From NCBI GenBank assembly GCA_964016885.1, contig CAXHJY010000112.1, forward strand, positions 1-64,000: a stretch of DNA of 64,000 nucleotides, written 5' to 3'. A model generated the notes under the pieces. It made no database searches. It saw only the letters and a list, made by a program, of their open reading frames with translations, and was not told the origin of the DNA. The position numbers and the translations under genes are program-made. This DNA comes from Eledone cirrhosa (Eukaryota). Position 1 is the first letter of the stretch, and each line of letters starts with the position of its first letter. This document shows, piece by piece, positions 63,862 through 64,000 of the stretch.

Positions 63862-64000
63862 TCCGTCAGGGAAATGGCCATGTTCGATATGCAGAAAAGG
63901 ATCTGGCATAAATTCTATAAAATGCACACAATGTAGGTCCTGGGTACACAAGAGATGTAGCGGGATAGCAGGCAAACTAACAGGTAGGGAGAAATATGTA
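63862..64000 (+). mobile_element. Start of a further RTE fragment (different subfamily), PHD-like finger region
   Basis: PSGKWPCSICRKGSGINSIKCTQCRSWVHKRCSGIAGKLT; runs off the window. Confidence 0.8.

Overview
AT-rich, repeat-dominated eukaryotic DNA with no recognisable host gene, so probably intergenic or intronic. The repeat set (CORE- and Nin/Deu-type tRNA SINEs, RTE LINEs with (GAT)n tails, very long TA/TACA arrays) suggests an octopus or other coleoid cephalopod; this is an inference. Almost all long Y/I/M/C/V/H/T-rich ORFs in the track are microsatellite artefacts. The centrepiece is a young Penelope-like element (PLE, about 27905-32917). It has a full-length + strand unit (RT, then a GIY-YIG endonuclease in another frame), an inverted 5'-truncated arm, pseudo-LTRs and (TA)n flanks. 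Its pseudo-LTR carries a hammerhead-shaped motif with a non-canonical core (CAGUUGA instead of CUGANGA), and the predicted cleavage site coincides with the 5' end of the full-length unit. Seven further hammerhead-like motifs, intact or decayed, lie in separate PLE-like remnants. A ~12 kb (TACA/TA)n array (7890-20230) holds at least 9 non-LTR insertions (R4/Dong-like, CR1, RTE and a 610-bp bipartite non-autonomous RTE derivative x3). Also present: CRE-like RLE fragments, TTAA piggyBac-like MITEs, a 48-bp array grown from a LINE/SINE tail, a 20-bp minisatellite, a 1.3-kb purine tract and many fold-back inverted repeats. All alignments and folds were done by eye. Family names come from recalled motifs, not database searches.
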